A DNA stretch of 32,000 bases from Candidatus Lokiarchaeum ossiferum (GCA_025839675.1 CP104013.1:5850001-5882000), one strand, 5' to 3'; numbered from the stretch's first letter, positions 1 to 8,612 are shown. Translations and numbers: made by a program. Notes: a model not told the origin generated them from the letters alone.

Positions 1-699
1 TTTCATGTCAAATCCGGTCAACGAGTTGCCTTAGTGGGGAATACTGGATCGGGTAAAACCACAATTGCTTCTCTTTTAATGCGTTTTTATGATATACAAG
101 AAGGACAAATATTAATTGATGATCATCCGATCCAAGATTATGATATTTCTTCTTTACGGAATGCGATAGGTCTGGTAAGTCAGCGAGTACTGTTATTCAA
201 AGGAACTATACGCGAAAATTTATTGCTGGCCTATCCTGAGGCTACCGATGACCATTTGTGGAGTGCTTTAGATGCTGTTCAAGCCCGAGAATTTATTGAA
301 TTGTTGCCCGATGGATTAGATTCGAAAGTATCCGATGGGGGGAATAACTTATCTGCTGGTCAACGTCAAATGATCACTTTTGCCCGTGTTTTACTTGGAA
401 ATCCCCAAATGATCATCCTTGATGAGGCCACATCTGCAGTCGATCTTTATACCGAATCCAAAATTCAAGATTCTACCGATCTCCTCTTAAAGGGAAGAAC
501 TAGTATTGTAATTGCTCATCGTTTGACCACTATTTTAAAAAGTGATCTCATAATTGTCTTAGAAGATGGAATGTTGCGTCAATTTGGGACCCATAATGAG
601 TTAATGGCTGTAGATGGCCCCTATCAAGAAATGTATCAGTTATATTTCAAAACTCAATCCGCCAAGTATTTAGAAAATATTAAAACGGCTGCGAGCTAA
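1..699 (+). CDS. ABC transporter ATP-binding domain, C-terminal part of an exporter (5' end lies outside the window)
   Basis: Frame 1 is open from nt 1 (FHVKSGQRVALVGNTGSGKTT = Walker A). ABC signature LSAGQRQ, Walker B MIILDEATSAVD, H-loop IVIAHRL. Stop at 697-699. Confidence 0.9.
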   Translation, partial: FHVKSGQRVALVGNTGSGKTTIASLLMRFYDIQEGQILIDDHPIQDYDISSLRNAIGLVSQRVLLFKGTIRENLLLAYPEATDDHLWSALDAVQAREFIELLPDGLDSKVSDGGNNLSAGQRQMITFARVLLGNPQMIILDEATSAVDLYTESKIQDSTDLLLKGRTSIVIAHRLTTILKSDLIIVLEDGMLRQFGTHNELMAVDGPYQEMYQLYFKTQSAKYLENIKTAAS

Positions 700-720
700 T
701 CTTTTTTCTTTTCCATTTTT
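700..720 (+). terminator. T-rich tract directly after the ABC gene stop (archaeal-style terminator candidate)
   Basis: tcttttttcttttccattttt begins 1 nt after the TAA stop. Confidence 0.4.
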
Positions 721-765
721 CCCGAAACCTTTTTCATCCTTTACATCCAAATTAATGTACGGAAG

Positions 766-1524
766 ATGGGATCTTATAACAAAAGTTTGAAACAATTAAT
801 AGATGATGATCCGGAAATACGAATCAAGGCTTTGCGAGTTTTAGGTGATCAGAAGGCCTCGGAATGTCTTTCTGATATTATACGCATAATTGAAAAAGAT
901 ACTGATGATAATGTAAAACTTGAAGCCGTTGTTACCTTGGGTAAGATCGGAGACATTTCAGCAGGAGATATTCTTTTACCCTTTTTAGAATCCGACGATA
1001 TACCTTTAATCATGGAATGTGTTAATGTTTTAGGGCTCTTCTGTGCAAATGGATATACAAAGGGAATTCCACCAATCGAAAAACTTATCGATCATCCTAA
1101 TTTTCGCGTCCGCAAATTTGCCATTGATGCTTTGGGAAAAGCAGGATCCTCTTCATCCCTCCAATTATTGTTTGATCATTTAAAGAAAGAAGAAACTTCG
1201 ATTGAAACTAAACAACTCGTAGCCACGGCGATCGGTCAAATTGGGGGATCGGAAGCCATCAATATTTTAAAATTATTAATATCTCCGAATGATGAAGTCG
1301 CAGAATCTGTAATGGAAGTTAGACGGGCTGCAATTTATGCTCTCGGGGAATCAAAGAAAACTGCTGCGCTTGATATTTTAGGCAAAATTTATAACAATAA
1401 AGAAGAACATAAGATCATTCGGAAATACGCTGAGGAAGCCATTAAAAAGACCATTTTAGGTGCAAAACAAGACTTTTTGGCAATCAAACAAAGAGCCGAA
1501 GATGTCTTGAAAGGAAAAAAATAA
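766..1524 (+). CDS. HEAT / PBS-lyase-type repeat protein
   Basis: Five to six roughly 30-aa helical repeats ending in an A..ALG..G motif: IRIKALRVLGD, VKLEAVVTLGKIGD, FRVRKFAIDALGKAG, TKQLVATAIGQIGG, VRRAAIYALGESK. Confidence 0.65.
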   Translation: MGSYNKSLKQLIDDDPEIRIKALRVLGDQKASECLSDIIRIIEKDTDDNVKLEAVVTLGKIGDISAGDILLPFLESDDIPLIMECVNVLGLFCANGYTKGIPPIEKLIDHPNFRVRKFAIDALGKAGSSSSLQLLFDHLKKEETSIETKQLVATAIGQIGGSEAINILKLLISPNDEVAESVMEVRRAAIYALGESKKTAALDILGKIYNNKEEHKIIRKYAEEAIKKTILGAKQDFLAIKQRAEDVLKGKK

Positions 1525-1525
1525 A

Positions 1526-2146
1526 GTGATGCAAATGGCTGATATTCGCGCTTTTTTTGCAATTGAAATAGAAAATCAAGATACTCTTGAGAAAATTGGT
1601 AAATTCCAGCAAGAATTGCAGAAATCCATTGGTCCCTTAAAATTAGTGAAACCGGAGTTGATGCATATTACATTGCGGTTTCTCGGTAATATTTCAGAAC
1701 AGAATGCTCAAAATCTCCTTGAATTTCTTCAAAAGGAGATTAACTCTGTATTCTTTCCTCAAGGAAAAGTATATTCGAGTTTCTTTAAGGGGGTTGGTGA
1801 TTTTGGAAAGCGGGTGTTCTTTGTTAAGATTCAGGAACAACACGATTTCCTCCAAAAACTTAATTCCCTAATAGAAGCAAAACTAACCGAATTCTCTGGA
1901 ATTAAAGCTGAATCAAAACCATTCACTCCCCATTTAACAATTGCTCGTGCTAAAAGATCTCGCCATTCTTCTCGATCGAATCAAATTATTCATGCGAATG
2001 CAGTTCATCCTGGGCAGCTCCCCTATTCTGAACTAAAAAAAAATTACACCAATTATAGCTTTGGATTATGGACAATTACAAAAGTAGTATTAAAAAAATC
2101 GGTTTTAACTCCTCAAGGACCGATATATTCCAATTTTTCATTATAA
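1526..2146 (+). CDS. ligT: 2H-phosphoesterase, RNA 2',3'-cyclic phosphodiesterase / 2'-5' RNA ligase (LigT/ThpR family)
   Basis: Two H-x-T-x motifs at the expected spacing (HITLRFLG and HLTIARAK), about 200 aa. GTG start 1 nt after the upstream stop; ATG at 1529 is an alternative start. Confidence 0.8.
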   Translation: MMQMADIRAFFAIEIENQDTLEKIGKFQQELQKSIGPLKLVKPELMHITLRFLGNISEQNAQNLLEFLQKEINSVFFPQGKVYSSFFKGVGDFGKRVFFVKIQEQHDFLQKLNSLIEAKLTEFSGIKAESKPFTPHLTIARAKRSRHSSRSNQIIHANAVHPGQLPYSELKKNYTNYSFGLWTITKVVLKKSVLTPQGPIYSNFSL

Positions 2147-2159
2147 TTTTTGTATGTCT

Positions 2160-3131
2160 TTAAGGGTTAAGTGCTTTTTCCATCTCCATATCGTCTACCA
2201 ATAAACTTCGGAGAATTTCATAGATTTCGGTCGTTGAATGTTCGAAGAAATTAAATTGATCTATCACTACTTCTGGATCATGTTCTTCTAAGATTAATAG
2301 AATATAGAATTGCAATCCCTCAATATCAAAGGCTTGAATTAATCCCGAAATTTTGGTGAAAGCATCTAACCTATCACTAAATTCGTAGGAATTCATATTC
2401 TCGTCAACAATGCGACGTTGAGCTATTTCATATAATGTTAAGACTTTTTTACGCATATCTAAGGTGATATTTTCCATAAAATAACTTCCTAATTCGATCC
2501 CATTTTGCTCAAAGATCATTAGGGATATTACGTTTTCCATTTTACTGACCATATCAATAAGAAACTTCTGAATTGCCTCATTTTGAGAATACAGCAACTT
2601 TATTCCTTGGGAAAAGCCTTGAATAATAGTATGAATTTCAAAGATGTTGGTTTCAAAAAAGCGAATTTTGAATTTTTCCAACCATTGACGGACACGATGC
2701 TTCACAACGCCAACATTCTTACGTATTGTCGGATCTTGCTTCAATTTTGGATCCGTTTTATGAAGCATGATAACCACTGGCACATCCATATTACTTTCTT
2801 CAAAATATGCTAAGATTTTATCTAAATAACTTATTGATTCATCAAATCGTAAAGAATCCTGTATATCAACCACATAAAAGAGTAGGTCAATTCCACTCAA
2901 ATATCTAATCTTATGTTTAAGATATTCGTCAATATAATGTGCTTGACCGCCGAAATCATTCAGATAAATCAAATGGTCAAGGAATTGAAAAGATGAGCGA
3001 TCAATCTTCAAAGTTGGTTTTAAACCGCGTACAAAAGATGGTAAATCAAATTTTTGTTTCATACCTGTAATTATGCTAGTTTTTCCTGCGTTATCGAGCC
3101 CTAATATTGCCAATTTTTTATCTGATACCAT
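2160..3131 (-). CDS. Rag/Gtr-family GTPase with C-terminal roadblock-type domain
   Basis: G1 GLDNAGKTS, G2 KPTLK, G3 LNDFGGQ, G4 HKTD (His instead of Asn, as in RagA HKMD; nt 2751-2762). FFETNIFEIHTIIQGFSQ aligns with RagA FRTSIWDETLYKAWSS. It is followed by about 140 aa of alpha/beta domain (MIFEQNGIELGS vs RagA LLFERATFLVIS). I prefer the start at M11 (nt 3131), which has GGAG 8 nt upstream; the ORF extends to 3161. Confidence 0.8.
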   Translation of the reverse strand: MVSDKKLAILGLDNAGKTSIITGMKQKFDLPSFVRGLKPTLKIDRSSFQFLDHLIYLNDFGGQAHYIDEYLKHKIRYLSGIDLLFYVVDIQDSLRFDESISYLDKILAYFEESNMDVPVVIMLHKTDPKLKQDPTIRKNVGVVKHRVRQWLEKFKIRFFETNIFEIHTIIQGFSQGIKLLYSQNEAIQKFLIDMVSKMENVISLMIFEQNGIELGSYFMENITLDMRKKVLTLYEIAQRRIVDENMNSYEFSDRLDAFTKISGLIQAFDIEGLQFYILLILEEHDPEVVIDQFNFFEHSTTEIYEILRSLLVDDMEMEKALNP

Positions 3132-3196
3132 TTTAATTGCTCCAAATTCTAGATATTTCATAAAATACTTTTGTATTTATTTCTACAATCTATACT

Positions 3197-3250
3197 ATTC
3201 TTTTGGATTATTGGGTTTTTTATTCTTTTGGGTTATTGGGATTTTTTTTT
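3197..3250. repeat. Tandem direct repeat, 2 x about 25 bp, in a divergent intergenic region
   Basis: ATTCTTTTGGATTATTGGGTTTTTT (3197-3221) is immediately followed by ATTCTTTTGGGTTATTGGGATTTTTTTTT (3222-3250). It lies between the Rag-like gene (-) and pyrF (+). Confidence 0.85.
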
Positions 3251-3287
3251 AAGCTTGTTGTTTTATGTGTTTTGGAGTCAAAAAAAA

Positions 3288-4277
3288 ATGAGTTGTGAAT
3301 TATTTGCTGATCGGTTAGTTGACCAAATTAAAAAGAAACAGTCCATTATTTGTGTTGGCTTGGATCCACGTATCGGAGAAAAATCCACCATCCCACAAAG
3401 TGTTTTAGATAAAGTAGGTCATGATAATAATGAAGCAATATGGGAATTTAATAAGGGAATTATTGATCATACCCATGAAATAACCCCAATCTATAAACCT
3501 CAAATTGCTTTTTATGAACAATATGATGCTATGGATGCCCTAAAGAGAACAATTGATTATATTCATGAAAAAGGCGCTTTGGCGTTATTGGATGCAAAGC
3601 GTAATGATATAGGTTCTACCTCTGGGGCTTATGCCAAGGCTGTCTTTGAGCACTTAGGGGCCGATGCGGTCACAGTAAATAGTTATTTTGGAATTGATGG
3701 CGTTGCTCCCTTTTTGAAATATATCCCTGCAGGAAAAGGGGTGATCATGCTGTTGAAGACTTCCAATAAATCAAGCGGAGAATTCCAAGATTTATTCTCT
3801 GTAGGGCTCAATGAAATTGGACCAGAAACAATAGAAACCACTGTTGATAAGACTACGCTTGCTCGCAATTATATTCACATGACCCGATTAATGGTAAAAT
3901 GGAGTGAAGATTCATCAATTGTTGGAGAAGGAAATGAATCCGGAAAGAGTGGATATTCAAGTTTAGGTGGTGTGGTAGGCGCAACCTATCCCGCACAGAT
4001 GAAGGCAGTAAGAAAAGAAGCTCCGCTTAATTTTATTTTAATTCCTGGGTATGGTGCTCAAGGTGGTACGGCTGCAGATATTCTTCACGGACTCAACGCT
4101 GATGGGTTGGGGGCGATTGTGAATGCTTCACGTTCCATTAATTTTGCCTATCAAGCTTCTCAATACAAAGATCTTTTCTCTCCCGAACAATTTGGGGAAG
4201 CGGCCGGTCAAGCTGCAAAGGATATGCAACACGCCATAAACCAAGTCTTGAAGACTGCTGGAAAAATTGCATATTAA
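3288..4277 (+). CDS. pyrF: Orotidine 5'-phosphate decarboxylase, type 2
   Basis: IICVGLDPR, LDAKRNDIGST and PGYGAQGG motifs, about 330 aa. Start placed at the ATG at 3288. The upstream 39 codons of the ORF are just a translation of the T-rich repeat. Confidence 0.85.
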   Translation: MSCELFADRLVDQIKKKQSIICVGLDPRIGEKSTIPQSVLDKVGHDNNEAIWEFNKGIIDHTHEITPIYKPQIAFYEQYDAMDALKRTIDYIHEKGALALLDAKRNDIGSTSGAYAKAVFEHLGADAVTVNSYFGIDGVAPFLKYIPAGKGVIMLLKTSNKSSGEFQDLFSVGLNEIGPETIETTVDKTTLARNYIHMTRLMVKWSEDSSIVGEGNESGKSGYSSLGGVVGATYPAQMKAVRKEAPLNFILIPGYGAQGGTAADILHGLNADGLGAIVNASRSINFAYQASQYKDLFSPEQFGEAAGQAAKDMQHAINQVLKTAGKIAY

Positions 4278-4290
4278 TTCTTTTTTTCTC
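4278..4290 (+). terminator. T7-containing tract after the pyrF stop, in the 20-nt gap between convergent genes
   Basis: ttctttttttctc directly follows the TAA at 4275-4277. Confidence 0.4.
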
Positions 4291-4297
4291 AAAACTC

Positions 4298-6133
4298 TCA
4301 AATTTTGGAAATTTCCATAACCATCCTCTCAGAAGTGCTATTTAATTCTTCCGCTCCTGCAGCGAGTTCTTCTAATGTTGCAGCCATTTCTTCTGCAGAT
4401 GAAGATAAATTTTCAGTAACACTTTGATTACTCTCAATAATTTTATTCATTTTATTTGTTTGAATCAAGGTTTGTTCCAATAATGTATCTTCCTTTTGGA
4501 TTTGATTTAAATTAGCTTGTATTGCTTGATCTGTTTGATTTATAATATCAAAGAGATTTTCTAATTTTAACTTGGTTTTTGAAATTGCTTGTCTTCCATT
4601 TTCTACAGAAGAATATGATTGTTCTGTATTTTCAATAGCAATATTGATTTCATCATGAATTTCATGAATTAACTCTCCAATTTGAGTAGCAGCAGTTTTT
4701 GAATCTTCAGCAAGTTTTCTTACTTGATCTGCTACAACTGCAAAACCTTTCCCTGCATCACCTGCACGAGCAGCCTCAATTGCCGCATTTAGAGCAAGTA
4801 AATTTGTTTCATTAGATATGCTTGCAATAATATCAATAATTTTTGTAATTTCTTCACTTTTTTTCCCCAACCTTTCCATTACAGCTTGAATTTTCCTGGT
4901 ATCATCCATAATTAGTGCGATATTTTCTGAAATTTCGATACTTAGATTATTTCCTGTTTTTGCCATTTCTTTTCCATTTTTAGATAAAGATGTAATATCA
5001 TTTTCTCTTGAAACAATATTTGCACTAATTTTTTTTATTCCTTCAAGCATTTTTGAGATGCTATGAATATCATTTGTCTGGTTTTGTGCACCTTTAGCGA
5101 CTATCTGAGAACCTTGGGAGACTTCCTGAATGGAGATATTTATTTGATTTGCTGAGATTGTAAATTGATCTGACATGGATGAGAGATCTTGAGCTATTTT
5201 TTGCACTTGTTTAACTAGTAGAATTGTTTGGGTGATATCCATGATAGTGACAAGATATCCTTGTTCAGTTTGGTTGTCTGAATTGGTTTGTTTGATACTG
5301 AGATAACCAATTTTTTTTTTTGTGTTTTTTGTTTTTAATTCAAATTGGAAATCTTGCAGTTCTCCTTCGTATTTCAACTTTGAAATCATTTCTGCATAAT
5401 CTTCACTATTCGTACAGATTTCATGGAATTTTTTGCCTAAGTAATCTTTTTTATCGAATCCCGAGAGATATTTTATAGAATCGCTGATATCTACTATGAT
5501 CAGATTGTTATCCAGAATTACAATCGGCGCTGTTGTGCTGTCAATTATTTCTCTAATAGAATTTTGCTGTGATTGAATTTTTCCTGCCATATCTTTAATA
5601 TTTCGTGCAAGTTCTCCTATTTCTTCCTTTCGGCTGAATATTGCAGAATCAATTTCATAATTAAAAAGGTTTTGGCCAATCGCGCTTGTGTAATCTCTAA
5701 TATCTAGTAATGGCGTTCTGATGTTTGACACAGTAAAGATCAAAAAAAGTACTATTAATCCTGCACCTAAGGTAACCCCTAAAATTATTACATCAAGACG
5801 ATAATCAAAAAGACTCATTATTAAGACTACATAAATCCCAAATACAATCATTGTAGCTATAGGTACCGATAATTTTCGAAAAAGACTTTGCTTGAAAAAA
5901 ATAAAGAAACTCGAGATAACTAAAATCGCAACGATCAGTACAATTTGCCCCATTGTTGGTGCATCAAGTTGGCTGTTTAACCAGGATGTATTATTAGTTC
6001 TTCGAATGTTGACAAATATTAGCAAAAGAAGAGCGGTGAAAGAGATTAAAAAAAAAGCGATGATCAATAATAGTTTACGGAGTTCTTTTATGGTTCTCCG
6101 TTGAGAAGGTTGGATTGTCATTTTTTTTCCCAA
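4298..6133 (-). CDS. Methyl-accepting chemotaxis protein (4 predicted TM helices, HAMP, PAS, MA signalling domain)
   Basis: Highly conserved hairpin tip [37 protein letters not shown]. Four hydrophobic segments in the first ~135 aa, then a HAMP-like [17 protein letters not shown] and a PAS-like segment [36 protein letters not shown]. Confidence 0.9.
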   Translation of the reverse strand: MGKKMTIQPSQRRTIKELRKLLLIIAFFLISFTALLLLIFVNIRRTNNTSWLNSQLDAPTMGQIVLIVAILVISSFFIFFKQSLFRKLSVPIATMIVFGIYVVLIMSLFDYRLDVIILGVTLGAGLIVLFLIFTVSNIRTPLLDIRDYTSAIGQNLFNYEIDSAIFSRKEEIGELARNIKDMAGKIQSQQNSIREIIDSTTAPIVILDNNLIIVDISDSIKYLSGFDKKDYLGKKFHEICTNSEDYAEMISKLKYEGELQDFQFELKTKNTKKKIGYLSIKQTNSDNQTEQGYLVTIMDITQTILLVKQVQKIAQDLSSMSDQFTISANQINISIQEVSQGSQIVAKGAQNQTNDIHSISKMLEGIKKISANIVSRENDITSLSKNGKEMAKTGNNLSIEISENIALIMDDTRKIQAVMERLGKKSEEITKIIDIIASISNETNLLALNAAIEAARAGDAGKGFAVVADQVRKLAEDSKTAATQIGELIHEIHDEINIAIENTEQSYSSVENGRQAISKTKLKLENLFDIINQTDQAIQANLNQIQKEDTLLEQTLIQTNKMNKIIESNQSVTENLSSSAEEMAATLEELAAGAEELNSTSERMVMEISKI

Positions 6134-6592
6134 ATAGATTTTTTATGTTCGTAATCATCTCTAACATAAATGTCCTTTCTTTTAGAAAAATTACAATGTT
6201 ATAGTAGTCTATTTATCGAAATAGTCGAATATGAAAAGAAATCAATATAGAAGTTTATATTTTAGTTGTAATCTAATTGAGGTTTAAGAGATGAAGGATC
6301 TTTTTTTTTTTTTTGGATTTGATCATAAATCTTATTTTTCCTTAGCAGATTCTTGCAGATCATTTTAGAATTGTATAAATATCTTTAGATATAACAAAAG
6401 AAAGGATTATTCACAAAACTTAGATAGTCATTTTGAGGGTAGCCGCCAGAAATGTCTATTTGGTGATGATTTTATTATGGTTGATAAAATAGCAGATATC
6501 GAATCATCAAATGCAGCGATGAAAAAGGGTGATATTGATGAAATACTTCTTCCTTAATTTCAAATGCAATTGAAAGGGGAAATCAGTCCTTT

Positions 6593-6793
6593 ATGGGAAA
6601 AATCTTTAGTTTAGTGATGAAACAAAGTAAGGATATTGTTGATGAAAGTATAGAGCATCTTGACTTAGAAGAAATGGCTAAGAAATATTCCGTAGAATTG
6701 CCAAAAAATTTCCTTGATGGGTTATCCAAGAAATCTTTGGTGGAAGAAAGGGTTTTTAGTTCCTCAACAAACGAAAGGGCTTTTGTATGTTAA
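6593..6793 (+). CDS. Hypothetical small protein (66 aa)
   Basis: ORF only; its stop overlaps the start of the next ORF (ATGTTAA). No recognisable motif. Confidence 0.25.
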   Translation: MGKIFSLVMKQSKDIVDESIEHLDLEEMAKKYSVELPKNFLDGLSKKSLVEERVFSSSTNERAFVC

Positions 6794-7053
6794 CAATGTT
6801 TCTCAAAATGTGTTTTTTAAGAAAAAAGTTGAAGGAAAATGAGGTTATGAAAGCCATGTTAGCCAATATGAATACAAATAATATCACCAATTCGATAAAG
6901 GAAAGAATCATGGATAGCGATTTAGTGAAAAAATTGATTGCTATGGTATCTGCTCCATTGTTGGCATATCTTAGCCAAATAACCCAAGATCGTTCCCTTT
7001 TGAATAATTGGTATAGTAATATTGCTCAATTTTTCCAAGGATTTGGAATTTAG
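6787..7053 (+). CDS. Hypothetical small protein (88 aa; may start at an internal Met)
   Basis: ORF followed 2 nt later by a T12 run, which supports a real + strand transcript end. No recognisable motif. Confidence 0.3.
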   Translation: MLTMFLKMCFLRKKLKENEVMKAMLANMNTNNITNSIKERIMDSDLVKKLIAMVSAPLLAYLSQITQDRSLLNNWYSNIAQFFQGFGI

Positions 7054-7055
7054 TG

Positions 7056-7084
7056 TTTTTTTTTTTTCATTTTTTATAAAAAAA
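7056..7084. terminator. Bidirectional terminator candidate between convergent genes
   Basis: T12 (7056-7067) serves the + strand. TTTTTATAAAAAAA (7071-7084) gives a T7 on the - strand, downstream of the 7122 stop. Confidence 0.5.
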
Positions 7085-7121
7085 TGTTGGAGTGCATAAT
7101 TTACTTCTTTTCTTAAATTGA

Positions 7122-8087
7122 TTACAAGTGATCAAGAGTTATTACTACACTTCCTACTTTATGACCCTTTTCTGCATAAGCATGAGCATCTGCAACCTTT
7201 TCTAATGGATAAACTTTATCAATGATTATCTGCAATTTATTAGACTCCACTAAATCTTTTAGAAGAGTTAAATTTTCACCCGCTTCTGCAATTCCAGTTA
7301 TTACCTTTTTCTTCCCTAGTTTTGAGGTCCATAACATTTGAATAAACAATTTAAACGAAGGAATAATATTCAAATAAATTCCATTTTTTGTCATTAATTT
7401 TCTACATTTTGAGAACGAACTTTTTCCAACTATATCAAATATGAGATCATATTTTTGGTTCTTTTCCTTAGTAAAATCTGCTTTTGTATAATCAATTACT
7501 CTTTTCGCTCCAAGAGATCGTACTAAATCCACATTCTTAGAACTACATACTCCTGTGACTTCCGCTCCAAATTGGTTCGCTAATTGAACTGCAAAAACTC
7601 CCACACCACCTGATGCCCCATTAATGAGTATTCTTTGTCCACGCTGAATATTTGCGATTCTTTTTAGAAAATGAATTGCTGAAATAAATCCAAAATAAAC
7701 AGACGCTCCCTGCTCAAAGCTCATGGAGTCAGGCATCAATTCCAGCTTATTTTTTTCTGTTGCGATAAAATACTCCGCGTATACATTTTCACCCGTTCCA
7801 AATACTTTATCACCAATTTTAAATTTTTTAACAGCATTTCCTATTTCAACGACCTCACCACTTACTTCGGTTCCCAGAATTTTCTGTTTTGGTTTCCAGA
7901 ATCCTATCAATATTTTTGAAATAGGCCACAATGGTACTTTTCCACTCCTTACCCGATAATCCATCGGAGTGACTGAAGTGGCATGTACTTTGATGAGGAT
8001 TTCATTTTCCTTTATAATTGGTTTTTCAATTTCTTCTAATTTTAGAACCTCTGGTGCACCATATTTTGTCCGGACAATTGCTTTCAA
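7122..8087 (-). CDS. NAD(P)H-dependent oxidoreductase, medium-chain dehydrogenase/reductase (quinone oxidoreductase / Zn-ADH-like) family
   Basis: GroES-like N-terminal domain and a Rossmann motif INGASGGVGVFAVQLA, about 320 aa. TTG start forms a 4-nt overlap (TTGA) with the upstream gene's stop. Confidence 0.85.
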   Translation of the reverse strand: MKAIVRTKYGAPEVLKLEEIEKPIIKENEILIKVHATSVTPMDYRVRSGKVPLWPISKILIGFWKPKQKILGTEVSGEVVEIGNAVKKFKIGDKVFGTGENVYAEYFIATEKNKLELMPDSMSFEQGASVYFGFISAIHFLKRIANIQRGQRILINGASGGVGVFAVQLANQFGAEVTGVCSSKNVDLVRSLGAKRVIDYTKADFTKEKNQKYDLIFDIVGKSSFSKCRKLMTKNGIYLNIIPSFKLFIQMLWTSKLGKKKVITGIAEAGENLTLLKDLVESNKLQIIIDKVYPLEKVADAHAYAEKGHKVGSVVITLDHL

Positions 8088-8551
8088 GCTTCATTTCCCT
8101 CCTTAATCGATTGATCATCAATATATTTTTCCAATAAACTGGCAGCATCAACAACATACTTTTTACAATTTATAAAAATGGCTTCTTGGTCTGCTTGTTT
8201 TAAATTTCCAACATCGGTCAAATCATGCCCTACTAATTCACGGCAGATGATTGATCCATTAATTTTTTTGAATTCTTCTAAAAATTGAGATGAATACTTG
8301 GTCACATCTTGCATATTTCCATTAAATTTGAGCCCTAATGACATTAAGGCCCCTGAGATTGCACCACAAACGTTTCCTGTAAGATTAATCCCCCCTCCAA
8401 ATGCAGAGGTAATTTTCATACAATCTTCAAAATCCAGTTTTTCCTTAGCTAGAAAAGGGCCATATGTTGCAAAAATCGCTTGGGCACAATTTCCTTGACG
8501 GTTTCCCATAAAATCTTTTGCTGATTTTATTAATTCTGATTTATTTTCCAT
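8084..8551 (-). CDS. C_GCAxxG_C_C family putative redox-active protein
   Basis: GNCAQAIFATYG, FGGGI...GNVCGAISGALMSLG and the later CRELV / NCKKYV cysteines match the family pattern. Translationally coupled to the MDR oxidoreductase. Confidence 0.75.
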   Translation of the reverse strand: MENKSELIKSAKDFMGNRQGNCAQAIFATYGPFLAKEKLDFEDCMKITSAFGGGINLTGNVCGAISGALMSLGLKFNGNMQDVTKYSSQFLEEFKKINGSIICRELVGHDLTDVGNLKQADQEAIFINCKKYVVDAASLLEKYIDDQSIKEGNEA

Positions 8552-8574
8552 ATTTTTTCACATTTTTTTTTGTT

Positions 8575-8612
8575 TCTCTTTCTCATATCTCTTTCTCATA
8601 TCTCTTTCTCAT
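8575..8612. repeat. 13-bp tandem repeat, 3 copies (TCTCTTTCTCATA)
   Basis: Copies at 8575-8587 and 8588-8600 are exact; 8601-8612 has 12 of 13 nt. The array spans the stop codon of the 8596..9348 gene and lies about 25-60 nt upstream of the 8551 start codon. Confidence 0.9.

Noticed and set aside
2583-2813. Short antisense or nested ORFs inside confident genes. Coordinates in the ORF track: 2583-2813, 3683-3868, 5892-6104, 7723-7959, 8298-8498, 8570-8755, 12292-12510, 13094-13303, 15291-15473, 15707-15973, 16139-16327, 16387-16769 set, 18152-18424, 21100-21297, 22189-22530, 27569-27901, 29360-29611, 29715-29973, 30514-30756.
   Set aside because: Each lies within or opposite a CDS that has clear family motifs. 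None has any motif of its own.
3171-3287. Hydrophobic 39-codon N-terminal extension of the pyrF ORF (MYLFLQSILFFWIIGFFILLGYW...)
   Set aside because: It is the translation of the T-rich 25-bp tandem repeat in the intergenic region. PyrF homology begins right after the ATG at 3288.
6463-6541. Possible box C/D sRNA: GTGATGA (6463-6469) and TGATGA (6536-6541)
   Set aside because: There is no CTGA D or D' box at the required spacing and no terminal stem. These motifs are common by chance in AT-rich sequence.
8575-8612. Tandem repeats at 8575-8612 and 3197-3250 considered as mini CRISPR arrays
   Set aside because: The repeats are contiguous with no spacers, the units are 13 and 25 bp with only 2-3 copies, and no cas genes are present. 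They are simple tandem duplications.
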